Source of the DNA: Macrostomum lignano | Lineage: Eukaryota | Direction: 5' to 3' | Length of the DNA: 64,000 nucleotides | Assembly: GCA_002269645.1 (NCBI GenBank) | Contig: NIVC01000218.1 | Location: forward strand, 1-64,000 | The notes under the pieces: model-generated | The model's input: only the letters and a program-made list of their open reading frames with translations | Databases searched by the model: none | What the model was told of the DNA's origin: nothing | Translations under genes and position numbers: made by a program | Shown: one piece after another, positions 53,905 to 64,000 of the stretch | Layout: every line of letters starts with the position of its first letter | Numbering within the stretch: the stretch's first letter is position 1

Positions 53905-56900
53905 TTAAACAATCGCCCTAGCTGCATTGTACTGCAGGCTGGCTTTGAACTGGTGCAGGTCTCCAGTCCAGACGATGCACTCTTCTTCGTCGCCGTCCTT
54001 GGTTTGGCTGTCGACAGTGTCTGTTGAGTAGCAAAGCGGCATGGCGAATGGCTTCTTGCCAGCCCGGCCGGACACTTTCTTGGTCGCGCCTTCCGCCTTG
54101 AACAGTGTGGGGGATGAATAGTGATTATTGCAGGAGGGCTGCCAGCGCAACGCCTTCGGCGATATCGGCTCACAACCGGCGCTGAGGCCATTCTGCCCAT
54201 TCCACTGACTCCTGAACACATACAAGCGCGCCAATACTGTACGCAGGCACGCAGTCATGCACACGCTCACGTGGAGTGAATAGCGGCCCTGACTGTCTAA
54301 TCGTTCACACAAGCCCCAAGTGAATGAATGTGCCTGCACACGGAATCCAACCAGGGGTCGTGGCACGAGAGTCAGAACCGTTTAATAAAGTGAGCTACTC
54401 TGCCCCTGTGTGTGACAGGAGGCTTAGAGACAGTTACGAGTATATTAACAGTAGGAATACAAAGCCATTTTTCCGCCCGTCGAACTACCAAGAGGGGGGG
54501 GAAAAATTTCCCCCCCCCCTGACAATTTTTTTTGCTGCGCCGGAACGGAGCAACGCAGGCACACGAAATTCAAGAACACGGGCTAACTTTTTGTTGCGCA
54601 CCTTCTCAAACAAGAATCAAGTCGCCAGCCCTTCGGACCGTCGAGATATTCGACGATTCTGCCAGAAGGTCGGATTTTTCCCATAAGCGCTAGTGTATTC
54701 AGTACACCCCTGTGCGCCAAATAGCACTGCGCCTCAGTGCAGCCTTGCCAAGTCTCCAAATTTCATCAGCACGTCGACCAAATGTGTCTGCATCAGTTCT
54801 GACTTCGTTGGTTACTGGCCTTCCCCGAGACGGAGCTTCTAGACCTTCAACAGGTGGCACCAGGTGACTATGAACACCTTGATGCGAATTTCTCTAGTTT
54901 CACCGATCAAGCCTCGACAGTAGGCAAGCCTCAACTGCCAGACACCCTCAGCTAGTCTCCTGAGCATTCCTTCATCATCCCGACACCGTCGGCACCTTCA
55001 ACAGGTGGCATCAGGTGACTATGGACGTCCTATTGCAAATATGTCAGGTCTTTCTTATCAAGCTTCAATAATGGGCAAACCTCAACCAACGGACATTGTC
55101 AGCTAGTCTCTCAAGCATTCCGTCATCATCCCGACGCCGTCGGCTCCTTCAACAGATTACACCAGGTGACTATGGACAGCCTGTTGCAAATATGTCAGGT
55201 TTTTCTTATCAAGCTTCAATAATGAGCAAACCTCAACTGCTGGACATCCTCAGCTAGTCAGTCGAGCATTCAGCCATCACCCCGACGCCGTCGGCACCTT
55301 CAACAGGTGGCACCAGGGGACTATGGACAGCCTGATAAGAATTTCTCTAGTTTCGCCGATCAAGCCTGGATAGTGGGCAAAAATCAACTGCTGGACATCC
55401 TCAGCTAGTCAGTCAAGCATTCAGCCATCACCCCGACGCCGTCGGCACCTTCAACAGGTGGCACCAGGGGAGTAAGGACAACTGAGCGTGATTTTTCATC
55501 ATGCTCTTAACATTTCTGAATCATTAAAAAATGAAAAAACGGATTGAATTTACTGGCTTCTGTAGGGCGTAGGCCGTGCGCTGCACTCTCTGCCCCACAT
55601 TATTATTCATGACTCATTTTCTCGCCTAAACTTGTTTACCAATTCTCGACCAATCGCGCATCGCTGCACCCCACCCCACAATATTGACTAATAAATATAT
55701 TGAGTAAACAGAGCCATACAGAGGCCACCTTTTCGGCACGCAAACCCAGACTTCACAGCTTCTTAGAAGCATAACCCTTTCTGCATAAAAATTGGGTTCA
55801 ATATTATAGTTGAATAAACTAAACAGCTTTTCGAATAAAATATGTATGTAGCTCCTATGTATAAAAGTATGTGTAATAATAATAATAAATATACAGCAAC
55901 ATGAGTTCAAGCTTAACTATAGCAATTTCCGTGCTTTGAAAATTTTGAGAGCTTCAGAAATGTTAAGAGCATGATGAAAAATCACGCTCAGGTGTCCTTA
56001 CTCCCCTGGTGCCACCTGTTGAAGGTGCCGACGGCGTCAGGGTGATGGCTGAATGCTTGACTGACTAGCTGAGGATGTCCAGCAGTTGATTTTTGCCCAC
56101 TATCGAGGCTTGATCGGCGAAACTAGAGAAATTCTTATCAGGATGTCCATAGTCAGCTGGTGTAATCTGTTGAAGGTGCCGACGGCGTCGGGGTGATGGC
56201 TGAATGCTCGACTGACTAGCTGAGGATGTCCAGCAGTTGAGGTTTGCTCATTATTGAAGCTTGATAAGAAAAACCTGACATATTTGCAACAGGCTGTCCA
56301 TAGTCACCTGGTGTAATCTGTTGAAGGAGCCGACGGCGTCGGGATGATGACGGAATGCTTGAGAGACTAGCTGACAATGTCCGTTGGTTGAGGTTTGCCC
56401 ATTATTGAAGCTTGATAAGAAAGACCTGACATATTTGCAATAGGACGTCCATAGTCACCTGATGCCACCTGTTGAAGGTGCCGACGGTGTCGGGATGATG
56501 AAGGAATGCTCAGGAGACTAGCTGAGGGTGTCTGGCAGTTGAGGCTTGCCTACTGTCGAGGCTTGATCGGTGAAACTAGAGAAATTCGCATCAAGGTGTT
56601 CATAGTCACCTGGTGCCACCTGTTGAAGGTCTAGAAGCTCCGTCTCGGGGAAGGCCAGTAACCAACGAAGTCAGAACTGATGCAGACACATTTGGTCGAC
56701 GTGCTGATGAAATTTGGAGACTTGGCAAGGCTGCACTGAGGCGCAGTGCTATTTGGCGCACAGGGGTGTACTGAATACACTAGCGCTTATGGGAAAAATC
56801 CGACCTTCTGGCAGAATCGTCGAATATCTCGACGGTCCGAAGGGCTGGCAACTTGATTCTTGTTTGAGAAGGTGCGCAACAAAAAGTTAGCCCGTGTTCT

Positions 56901-59900
56901 TGAATTTCGTGTGCCTGCGTTGCTCCGTTCCGGCGCAGCAAAAAAAATTGTCAGGGGGGGGGAAATTTTCCCCCCCCCCCCTCTTGGTAGTTCTACTGTT
57001 AAATAGCCACCTGGCAGCAGGTCGGTAATAAGTATATATTCTAATAAAAATGAGTCAGGTTTACGGGCACGAGCTTATAGCAGATGTCACCCAGTATATT
57101 AGATACAAAGTATTAGGCAGAAACCGCAGCTGGAAAATTAAAGATCAAAGGTGCTAAGCTATTAACAACACCGACTGCTTGCATCGCACCTTCCAGTGAC
57201 GAATTGTTTCTGCAAACTTCGTGCCATTGAATTATTAGCATTGAAAGCCAGTCTAGACACCTTTAAACTTGAGCTGACCCGCTCTACTGAACTCGAACCT
57301 ATTCTCTACTCTGCCGAATCTACTCAGACACCCATTCTACTCTTACTTCACAAAAAAATCTACCCATTTCCACTCTACCCTACTAAAGCCTACTCAGATA
57401 CACTCTACTCTACCAAAACCTATCAACATTCAATCTACTCTACCAAAACCTATCAACATTCAATCTACTCTACCAAAACCTATCAACATTCAATCTACTC
57501 TACCAAAACCTATCAACATTCAATCTACTCTACCAAAATATATCCAGATTCAGTCTACCAAACCTACCAAGACGCACTCTACTCTACCAAATTCCACCAA
57601 GACTCACTCTACTCTACCAAAATCTACCAAGACTCACTCTACTCTATCAAGACTCACTCTACTCTACCAAGACTCACTCTACTCTACCAAGACTCGCTCT
57701 ACTCTACCAAGAGTCAATTTACTCTAACAAAATCTACCAATACTCACTACTCTAGCAAAATCTACCAAAACTCAGTCTACTCTACCAAACAAGACTCACT
57801 CTAATGTATCAAAATCTACACAGACTCATTCTGCCAAAACCTACCAACATCCAATCTACTCTACCAAACCTACCAAGACCCACTCTACTCTATTACGAGC
57901 TATAATCTACAAAATCTACTCTACTATATAAAAAACGATGAAGCCTCTCTACCATAATCTATCCCCGATTTTACTATACTCTACCAAAACACCCAGACGC
58001 ACTCTACTCTACCATGTACCAAAATCGACTCCACTCCACCAAAAGCTACAAAGATCTAAACCATGACCCAACTCACCTGAAAGGTGAATGACCGCCTGCC
58101 AGTGGAGCGCAGAGCCCGCTGATAGAACTCGATGGCCTCAGCCTTAGTAACCGAGTGCAGCAGCATCTCAGCCTCGGTGTAGTGCAGTCCAAAAGCGGCA
58201 GGCGGACAGGCCGGGCCATTGTCCAGTATCGCGCACCAGTACCGATCAGCCTGCTGAGTCATGCCGACATCCTCAACCAGCAGCAGGTCGACAAGAGATC
58301 TGGCGTAATTCGAGAACGCCTCGTCCGACATGCCGGTCAATAGCTTGAGAAAGCGGCCGCCAGTGAACTTGTCCACCCTGGCCTGCAGCTGGGCCATGCT
58401 GAACTGGTCCGCCTGGCTGTTCACCTGCACCATGAACCCGATGGCGCCGTTAGTCTGCCGACTGTCGCAGTACACTTGGTAGCCTAGCTGGTGCTTGGTG
58501 CGCAGATAGTCGTAGCACGGCTCGGACATCATGTGCTGAAACCAGTCGGCAGGTTGGAACTTGTTTGTTTGACTACTTACAGTAGCAAAAAACTACACAG
58601 GTATGTCTAATCAGAAAGTGAGCATTCGAAAATGCTTCCTATATAAAAACTATTGCTATTTTTGTGCCGAAAAAACAATGAAAAAGTTTATATCCCCGTG
58701 TAGTGTATTTTTCTGTTTAGGGGTGGCCGTACCGGCCCTCTCATGTGCCAGCGACCCAGGCTCAATTCCAAGTGCAGTCACATTAATTTGGGACTGAATT
58801 GGAACCTCGGCTTGGCTCTGCTCGTGCAATTAACGGCCTTGAGAGCCAACCCCCCCAAAGGCGCAGTGAAGTGTACATGCCTAACGATAAATAAAGTTAG
58901 GGCCGCTGTACACTCCTGTGTGAGTGTGTGCCTGTGCGTATGACTGCGTACGTATCCGCGCGCTTGTGTGACAATGTCGCTTAAAGTGCGCCAGGGTCAT
59001 ACATGCGCAACCTCCAAAATTCGGTCGGCCATGCGACTTAGTTTTAACAAAAATGCGACGTAGTTTTTGGCCAAAAATGCGACTTACACATCAAAAAACT
59101 CTAAAGCAAAATAAACGCAACTTTGGGTAAACGGCAGGAGTAACTATAACTGTCTTATTAAGCCAAAATGCCTCGTCAGCTACTTAGTACTACTACTTAG
59201 GTAAATTTTTGGGTGGGTATTTTTGCGACTTCCTTGGTTGGCCGCCAAATCGGTCGGCCGAATCGGCCGACTCGGCCGACTGTTGCGCATGTATGGCCAG
59301 GGTGCACACAACCCTCCTGCCTTATAAAAAGTCCATTTGTCTGGTAAAGTCAGTCTTCAAATATTTTCTAAGAAAGCAGTTTTTCCTTGCCTAGTACTTG
59401 AAATTTGTAATGGCTAGAGAATCTAAACCTGTAATGTTGCTTTAACTAATGCTTTTCTAATATAGAAATTAATAGAAGAAATGTGGCAGGTGTGGCAGCC
59501 AACCTTTATTAATTTGCCACCCTCCGGTCTGCTCTGCTTAACTTGCAGCGCTGGCGGTGGGGTTTCTTAGAATATGGCATATTCTATGAATAACTTTTCG
59601 GTAAATCCTTTTACAAATACATGTACAGTCACAGTACTATGCACACTAGCAGTGCGACAGTTCCGGGATAGATTGAAAGCACACAAACTAGGCTAGCATG
59701 GCATATCATTGCCGGCGATTCGTGCATAATTTGCGACAGAATGAAACCTGAAACCGGGGCTAGTAATAGGATCTTCCACTGAATCGCAGCAGTAACAAAA
59801 AGGGATATAAAAAGGTTCTTAATCTTAATACGGATACGGAATGGAATTGAGAGGGAGTCAGCTGACTGATACTGACTGATTAAGATGATTAAACCCGGAT

Positions 59901-60551
59901 CCCGACCGAACTCGAGGGTAATATGTATAATGTGTTAAGCGGCGGAGCAATCAGCAGGGAAACCGTACATTTGACTAAAAGGAGGAAATTAAAGTACATT
60001 TAGACATTTTCGGAAGTACTGAGGTGAGGTGTCGCTGGGGGTACTCTAGTGAGGTACCACTGAAGGTAATCTAGTTAGGTATCTCTGGGGGTCCTTTAGT
60101 AAGGTATCTCTGGGGGAGGGATCTCTGGGGGTACTCTAGTGAGGTACAGTTGAAGGTACTCTAGTTAGGTATCTCTGGGGGTACTCTAGTGAGGTACAGT
60201 TGAAGGTACTCTAGTTAGGTATCTCTGGGGGTACTCTAGTGAGGTACAGTTGAAGGTACTCTAGTTAGGTATCTCTGGGTGTACTCTAATGAGGTATCTG
60301 TGGGGTTCTATAGGGAGACCTAAAAACTAAAACACCTGCCATCCAAGTTCCCATAAAAAGTAAACTTAAAAGCAATTAAGAAACGTAAAGGCTATTGCAC
60401 AAACCAGCAGCAGATTCGAGATCACGTAGTCGCGTAGAGTTGGCGGGAATTCGAACTGAAAATACTCCAACAATGCGCTATTCACGTCGCCAGATTTGAG
60501 ATTCTCAACGCAGACGCCGCAGCGGCCCGGCGGCAGAGTGGCGCACGTGTT
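53905..60551 (-). CDS. NRDC: Nardilysin/insulysin-like M16A metallopeptidase, 3' part. Exons 60551-60405, 58535-58077, 54096-53905; upstream exons not found in the window
   Basis: NLKSGDVNSALLEYFQ, MMSEPCYDYLRTKHQLGYQV, TFQ|AEG and terminal GDLHQFKASLQY resemble nardilysin/IDE C-terminal motifs; splice phases are 0/0. Confidence 0.85.
54140..54406 (-). mobile_element. tRNA-derived SINE, family S2
   Basis: Head GGGGCAGAGTAGCTCA...GGTTGGATTCC; shared core. Confidence 0.72.
54449..56998. mobile_element. Foldback-type non-autonomous DNA element: about 1.05-kb inverted arms (54449-55520, 55953-56998) and an about 430-bp spacer
   Basis: Arms are reverse complements with about 150-bp internal subrepeats; CAGTAG...CTACTG ends flanked by TTAA on both sides. 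Confidence 0.85.
57380..58050. repeat. Degenerate CTACTCTACCAA-based tandem repeat
   Basis: Visible array next to a nardilysin donor site. Confidence 0.85.
58719..59320 (+). mobile_element. SINE S1 copy interrupted by a hAT MITE
   Basis: S1 body 58719-58997; the tail resumes after 59295. Confidence 0.75.
58998..59295. mobile_element. hAT-type MITE, 298 bp
   Basis: TIR CATACATGCGCAAC...GTTGCGCATGTATG; 8-bp TSD GCCAGGGT; empty site in the SINE copy at about 26183. Confidence 0.87.
60028..60300. repeat. About 49-bp tandem repeat, 4-5 copies
   Basis: GGTATCTCTGGGGGTACTCTAGTGAGGTACAGTTGAAGGTACTCTAGTTA recurs. Confidence 0.85.
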
Positions 60552-60685
60552 CTGCGGGAAAGGCGGGGATATCATGGAGTACACGATAGGTATTGATAGC
60601 TGTTAATCAAAAAGGAGTGGTTCATGGAGATCTGTCTAGAAATCTGGCGTTGAAAACCACTTTTTATTTAGCAAAAAACTTCCAA

Positions 60686-61340
60686 AAGTCTTCCTTCATA
60701 GCCAAATGTCTTCCATTATAGCCAAATGTCTTCCCCCATAGCCAAATGTCTTCCATCATAGCCAAAAGTATTCCTTCATAGCCGATGTCTCTCTTCATAG
60801 CCATATGTCTTCCATCATAGCCAAATGTCTTCCTTCATAGCCAAATGTCTTCTTTCATAGCCAAATGTCTTCCTTCATAGCCAAATGTCTTCCTTCATAG
60901 CCAAATGTCTTCCTTCATAGCCAAATGCCTTCCTTCGTAGCCAAATGTCTTCCTTCATAGCCAAATGCCTTCCTTCGTAGCCAAATGTCTTCCTTCATAG
61001 CCAAATGCCTTCCTTCATAGCCAAATGTCTTCCATCATAGCCAAATGTCTTCCTTCATAGCCAAATGTCTTCTTTCATAGCCATATGTCTTCTTTCATAG
61101 CCATATGTCTTCCATTATAGCCAAATGTCTTCCATCATAGCCAAATGTCTTCCATCATAGCCAAATGTCTTCCTTCATAGCCAAATGTCTTCCTTCATAG
61201 CCAAATGTCTTCTTTCATAGCCATATGTCTTCTTTCATAGCCATATGTCTTCCATTATAGCCAAATGTCTTCCATCATAGCCAAAATTATTCCTTTATAG
61301 CCGATGTCTCTCTCCATAGCCAAATGTCTTCCTTCGTAGC
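60686..61340. repeat. 20-bp minisatellite CCAAATGTCTTCCTTCATAG, about 33 copies
   Basis: Visible array. Confidence 0.93.
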
Positions 61341-61890
61341 AAATTTACTGCTTTTTACGAGCTATTAAATAGTATAAAACAACTAGCAACCGTTTATTGC
61401 AAAGAAATGAGACTCAAGATAGAATCCGCTACTCCAGATTTTATATTAGGAGTTCCTTGGTTCTGGGCGCATATTTACGTAGCTAATCAATCACGGAGAG
61501 AGAAATAAAATTTGGCAATCCAGCAAAAGTGATAGCTAGTGGACTCATCAATCTGAAAATAGCGCAAAAAGAGAAGAGATGCCTAATTTCAATCTTCTCT
61601 CAGCTTCTTCTAGAATTTTAAAAAAGCTCATTTTTCAACGATAGTTTAACTCTCCGCATAGGAGTTCCTGAAAATCCAGAGTCCAGACCGAGGATAACTC
61701 TGCACAATTGGACAACAGATCCGTTAGCCAATAGAACTCCTTGCTAACTCGCTAGATAGCTAGCTAGTGAGTTAGTCTGAATATACATGGATACTGCAGT
61801 AACCATTATACAGCGTTGTAGTTAATTTCAACCGAAAAAATCTTTCATAATCAAAACGACACAGCACAAACAGTGCAACAGCAAACAGTC

Positions 61891-62080
61891 ATGCCGTTTG
61901 TACCCCCAACAAGAAAGATGCAGACCAACATGAGCACAGTAGGAGGCGACGGACGCGAGGAGAAAGTGCTATCGGACAAGCGGAAGCTGATAGGCAGCGC
62001 TATTGGCGTGCTAATGCACGGCGCCATGGCTGCCACGGCCGATGTGGTTTTCGCTGCCAATTCATGCAGCAGCGTCACGG
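61891..62080 (+). CDS. Possible first coding exon of an unidentified plus-strand gene
   Basis: GC-rich ORF from ATG 61891 ending at a strong donor G|GTGAGT; no recognised homology. Confidence 0.3.
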
Positions 62081-62261
62081 GTGAGTGACGGACAGCGATT
62101 GGTTCGAATTGAGAACACATTCTTGTACGATTTAATAGAAAAATCTGTTTTAAGAAACAATTCTACAAAATGCCCTTGATTTTTCGTCCTACAAAATTAC
62201 TAAGATGGACCAGGTTTAAGGGACATTCGAGAACCTTTAAAATTACTTCATTCAAGGCCAG

Positions 62262-62778
62262 GTGTCTTCCTTCGTAGCCAAATGCTTTCCTTCATAGCCA
62301 AATGTCTTCCTTTATAGCCAAATGCTTTCCTTCATAGCCAAATGTCTTCCTTCATAGCCAAATGCTTTCCTTCATAGCCAAATGTCTTCCTTCATAGCCA
62401 AATGCCTTCCCTCATAGCCAAATGTCTTCCATTATAGCCAAATGTCTTCCATTATAGCCAAATGTCTTCCATTATAGCCAAATGCCTTCCCTCATAGCCA
62501 AATGTCTTCCTTCATAGCCAAATGTCTTCCTTCATAGCCAAAGTCTTTCTTCATAGCCAAATGTCTTCCATCATAGCCAAATGTCTTCCATCATAGCCAA
62601 ATGTCTTCCTTCATAGCCAAATGTCTTCCTTCATAGCCAAATGTCTTCCATCATAGCCAAATACCTTCCTTCATAGCCAAATTTCTTCCTTCGTAGCAAA
62701 ATGCCTTCCTCTGTAGCCAAATGCCTTCCTTCATAGCCAAATGCCTTCCTTCGTAGCCAAATGCCTTCCTTCGTAGCC
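62262..62778. repeat. Second array of the same 20-bp minisatellite, about 26 copies
   Basis: Same unit and orientation as 60686-61340. Confidence 0.93.
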
Positions 62779-64000
62779 ATTAAATGAAGTCCAACAGAAG
62801 ACCTTGAGCTCATTAAAATGGAGCCCTGGTTAACCAAATATGTTGACAAGCAAGCATCCATCAAGCATATTTCGCATTCTATAGCAAAATATCTAATACA
62901 GCCTTCAATATTTTCGCCCCCAGCAAGCCATTAGCCATTAGCGGTGCTCATATTTGGCTACAATTTTCGGATATTGTATTCGTGAGAAAACGAATATTGA
63001 TACTAATTATCTATACTCGTAGCTATGTTCAAGGAGACACGCAAATATCATTTGATAATATATAGTAGTATATGCCAAGCTATACTCGCCTGCCCAAAAT
63101 TTACATCAGGAGTTAAAGCGAATCCCAAGCGCTATGAAAAAATGGTTGGTTGGTAGCAACTAGTTGCGACCACACTGCTAATGTGGGCCCAAATCGCATT
63201 ACACTGTAGAAAGGAAATAAAGAATGGGAAATATTTAAGAATTCTGCTCCATTCCCCGATCCGACGTTGATTTAATATTCATAATTAATAGATCCAACCA
63301 ACTTATACGCACTAGAAAGTATATTTGCATTAGATGAGGACTGGGAACCCCACGGTAAGTAATCGAACCGATTAACTAGATTTCAGCAATTGAGACTCGC
63401 TAATCATTTCAACTAGAACCACCGCCTTTGAAGTCTAAAAAAACTCTACTCTCTACTTTAGCACAATATTGCGCAGCAGCCCCCACACCACCTATTAGTT
63501 AGAATCGATTGAGAACTGAGAATCTGGTCTCGGTTTGTCTCTATGCAAGCAGCAAGCATCCTATAGGAATCCGTAAAGATAGAAACGAAAGCTGCAAAGG
63601 AGAGCCAGACAGCAGTTGCAGTTAGTAAGATAAATAGCCCCTACGAGCGCACACTTCGTCAAGCAATGCTTTCTTATATGAGAGATGGCAGGGGAAGAAG
63701 AGCAGGCCGAGCATGTCCGGTTCGAGTAGATTGGCTAATATACTAAATTGAGTAGCCTAGCCTAGCATTCACAGCCGGTCAGCCGTGAGGCAACGGACAG
63801 CATCCAGGCAGCATACAAAACTTGCTTTGTCTGACCAACGGCTGATGAGAGCAATGCACTCTTAATCTGTAGGCGTCTTTACTTTTGTTAACTAATCGGT
63901 CTGATGTCGTTCGTTTTGAATAGGAAATAGTTGTGACAAACTGAAAGATCTGGGGAGTATCAGTGACCCAGTGAATGATCCGGATAGTATCAGTGACCCA

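Noticed and set aside
55626-55910. Transposase remnant in the foldback spacer
   Set aside because: Short and AT-rich, with no DDE or convincing cysteine-rich motif.
57060-57131. Alternative nardilysin last exon after TTTTCCAG at about 57131
   Set aside because: AT-rich, no M16 terminal motif; 54096-53905 fits far better.
57196-57804. 202-aa plus-strand ORF
   Set aside because: Derived from the CTACTCTACCAA repeat within a nardilysin intron.
52808-58077. Nardilysin-rhophilin fusion (phase-0 donor at 58077 joined to phase-0 acceptor at 52808, giving TFQ|ATAVGYRK)
   Set aside because: A proper nardilysin terminal exon exists at 54096-53905 (AEG...GDLHQFKASLQY, stop), so no fusion is needed.
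63571-63579. CCGTAAAGA, resembling my recollection of the start of a flatworm spliced leader
   Set aside because: Only 9 nt match, with no following leader, donor or Sm site.

Overview
Eukaryotic (animal) genomic DNA: short GC-rich exons with GT-AG introns, AT-rich intergenic DNA and many intronic minisatellites. The style (polyQ/G/S tracts, expanded intronic arrays, an ATG-less gene behind a 3' splice site) would fit a flatworm such as Macrostomum, but this is inference. All confidently recognised genes are on the minus strand. From right to left: the 3' part of a nardilysin-like M16 peptidase, rhophilin, geminin copy B, an orphan rhophilin PDZ exon, geminin copy A, a complete 10-exon ether-a-go-go K+ channel, and the 5' part of a vitellogenin/apolipophorin-type lipid transfer gene with several frameshifts. 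An 11-13 kb tandem duplication (about 23972-36972 and 37045-48172) created the second geminin and the orphan exon. Mobile DNA includes tRNA-derived SINEs, hAT and Harbinger-like MITEs with readable target-site duplications, a 5'-truncated LINE and a 2.5 kb foldback element. Best leads: (1) rhophilin has no ATG of its own and looks like a downstream operon gene started by a spliced-leader AUG; (2) the foldback element; (3) the duplication with its possible chimeric PDZ-only transcript; (4) a geminin intron array made of repeated 3' splice sites. Exon boundaries were read by hand; array limits and copy numbers are approximate.
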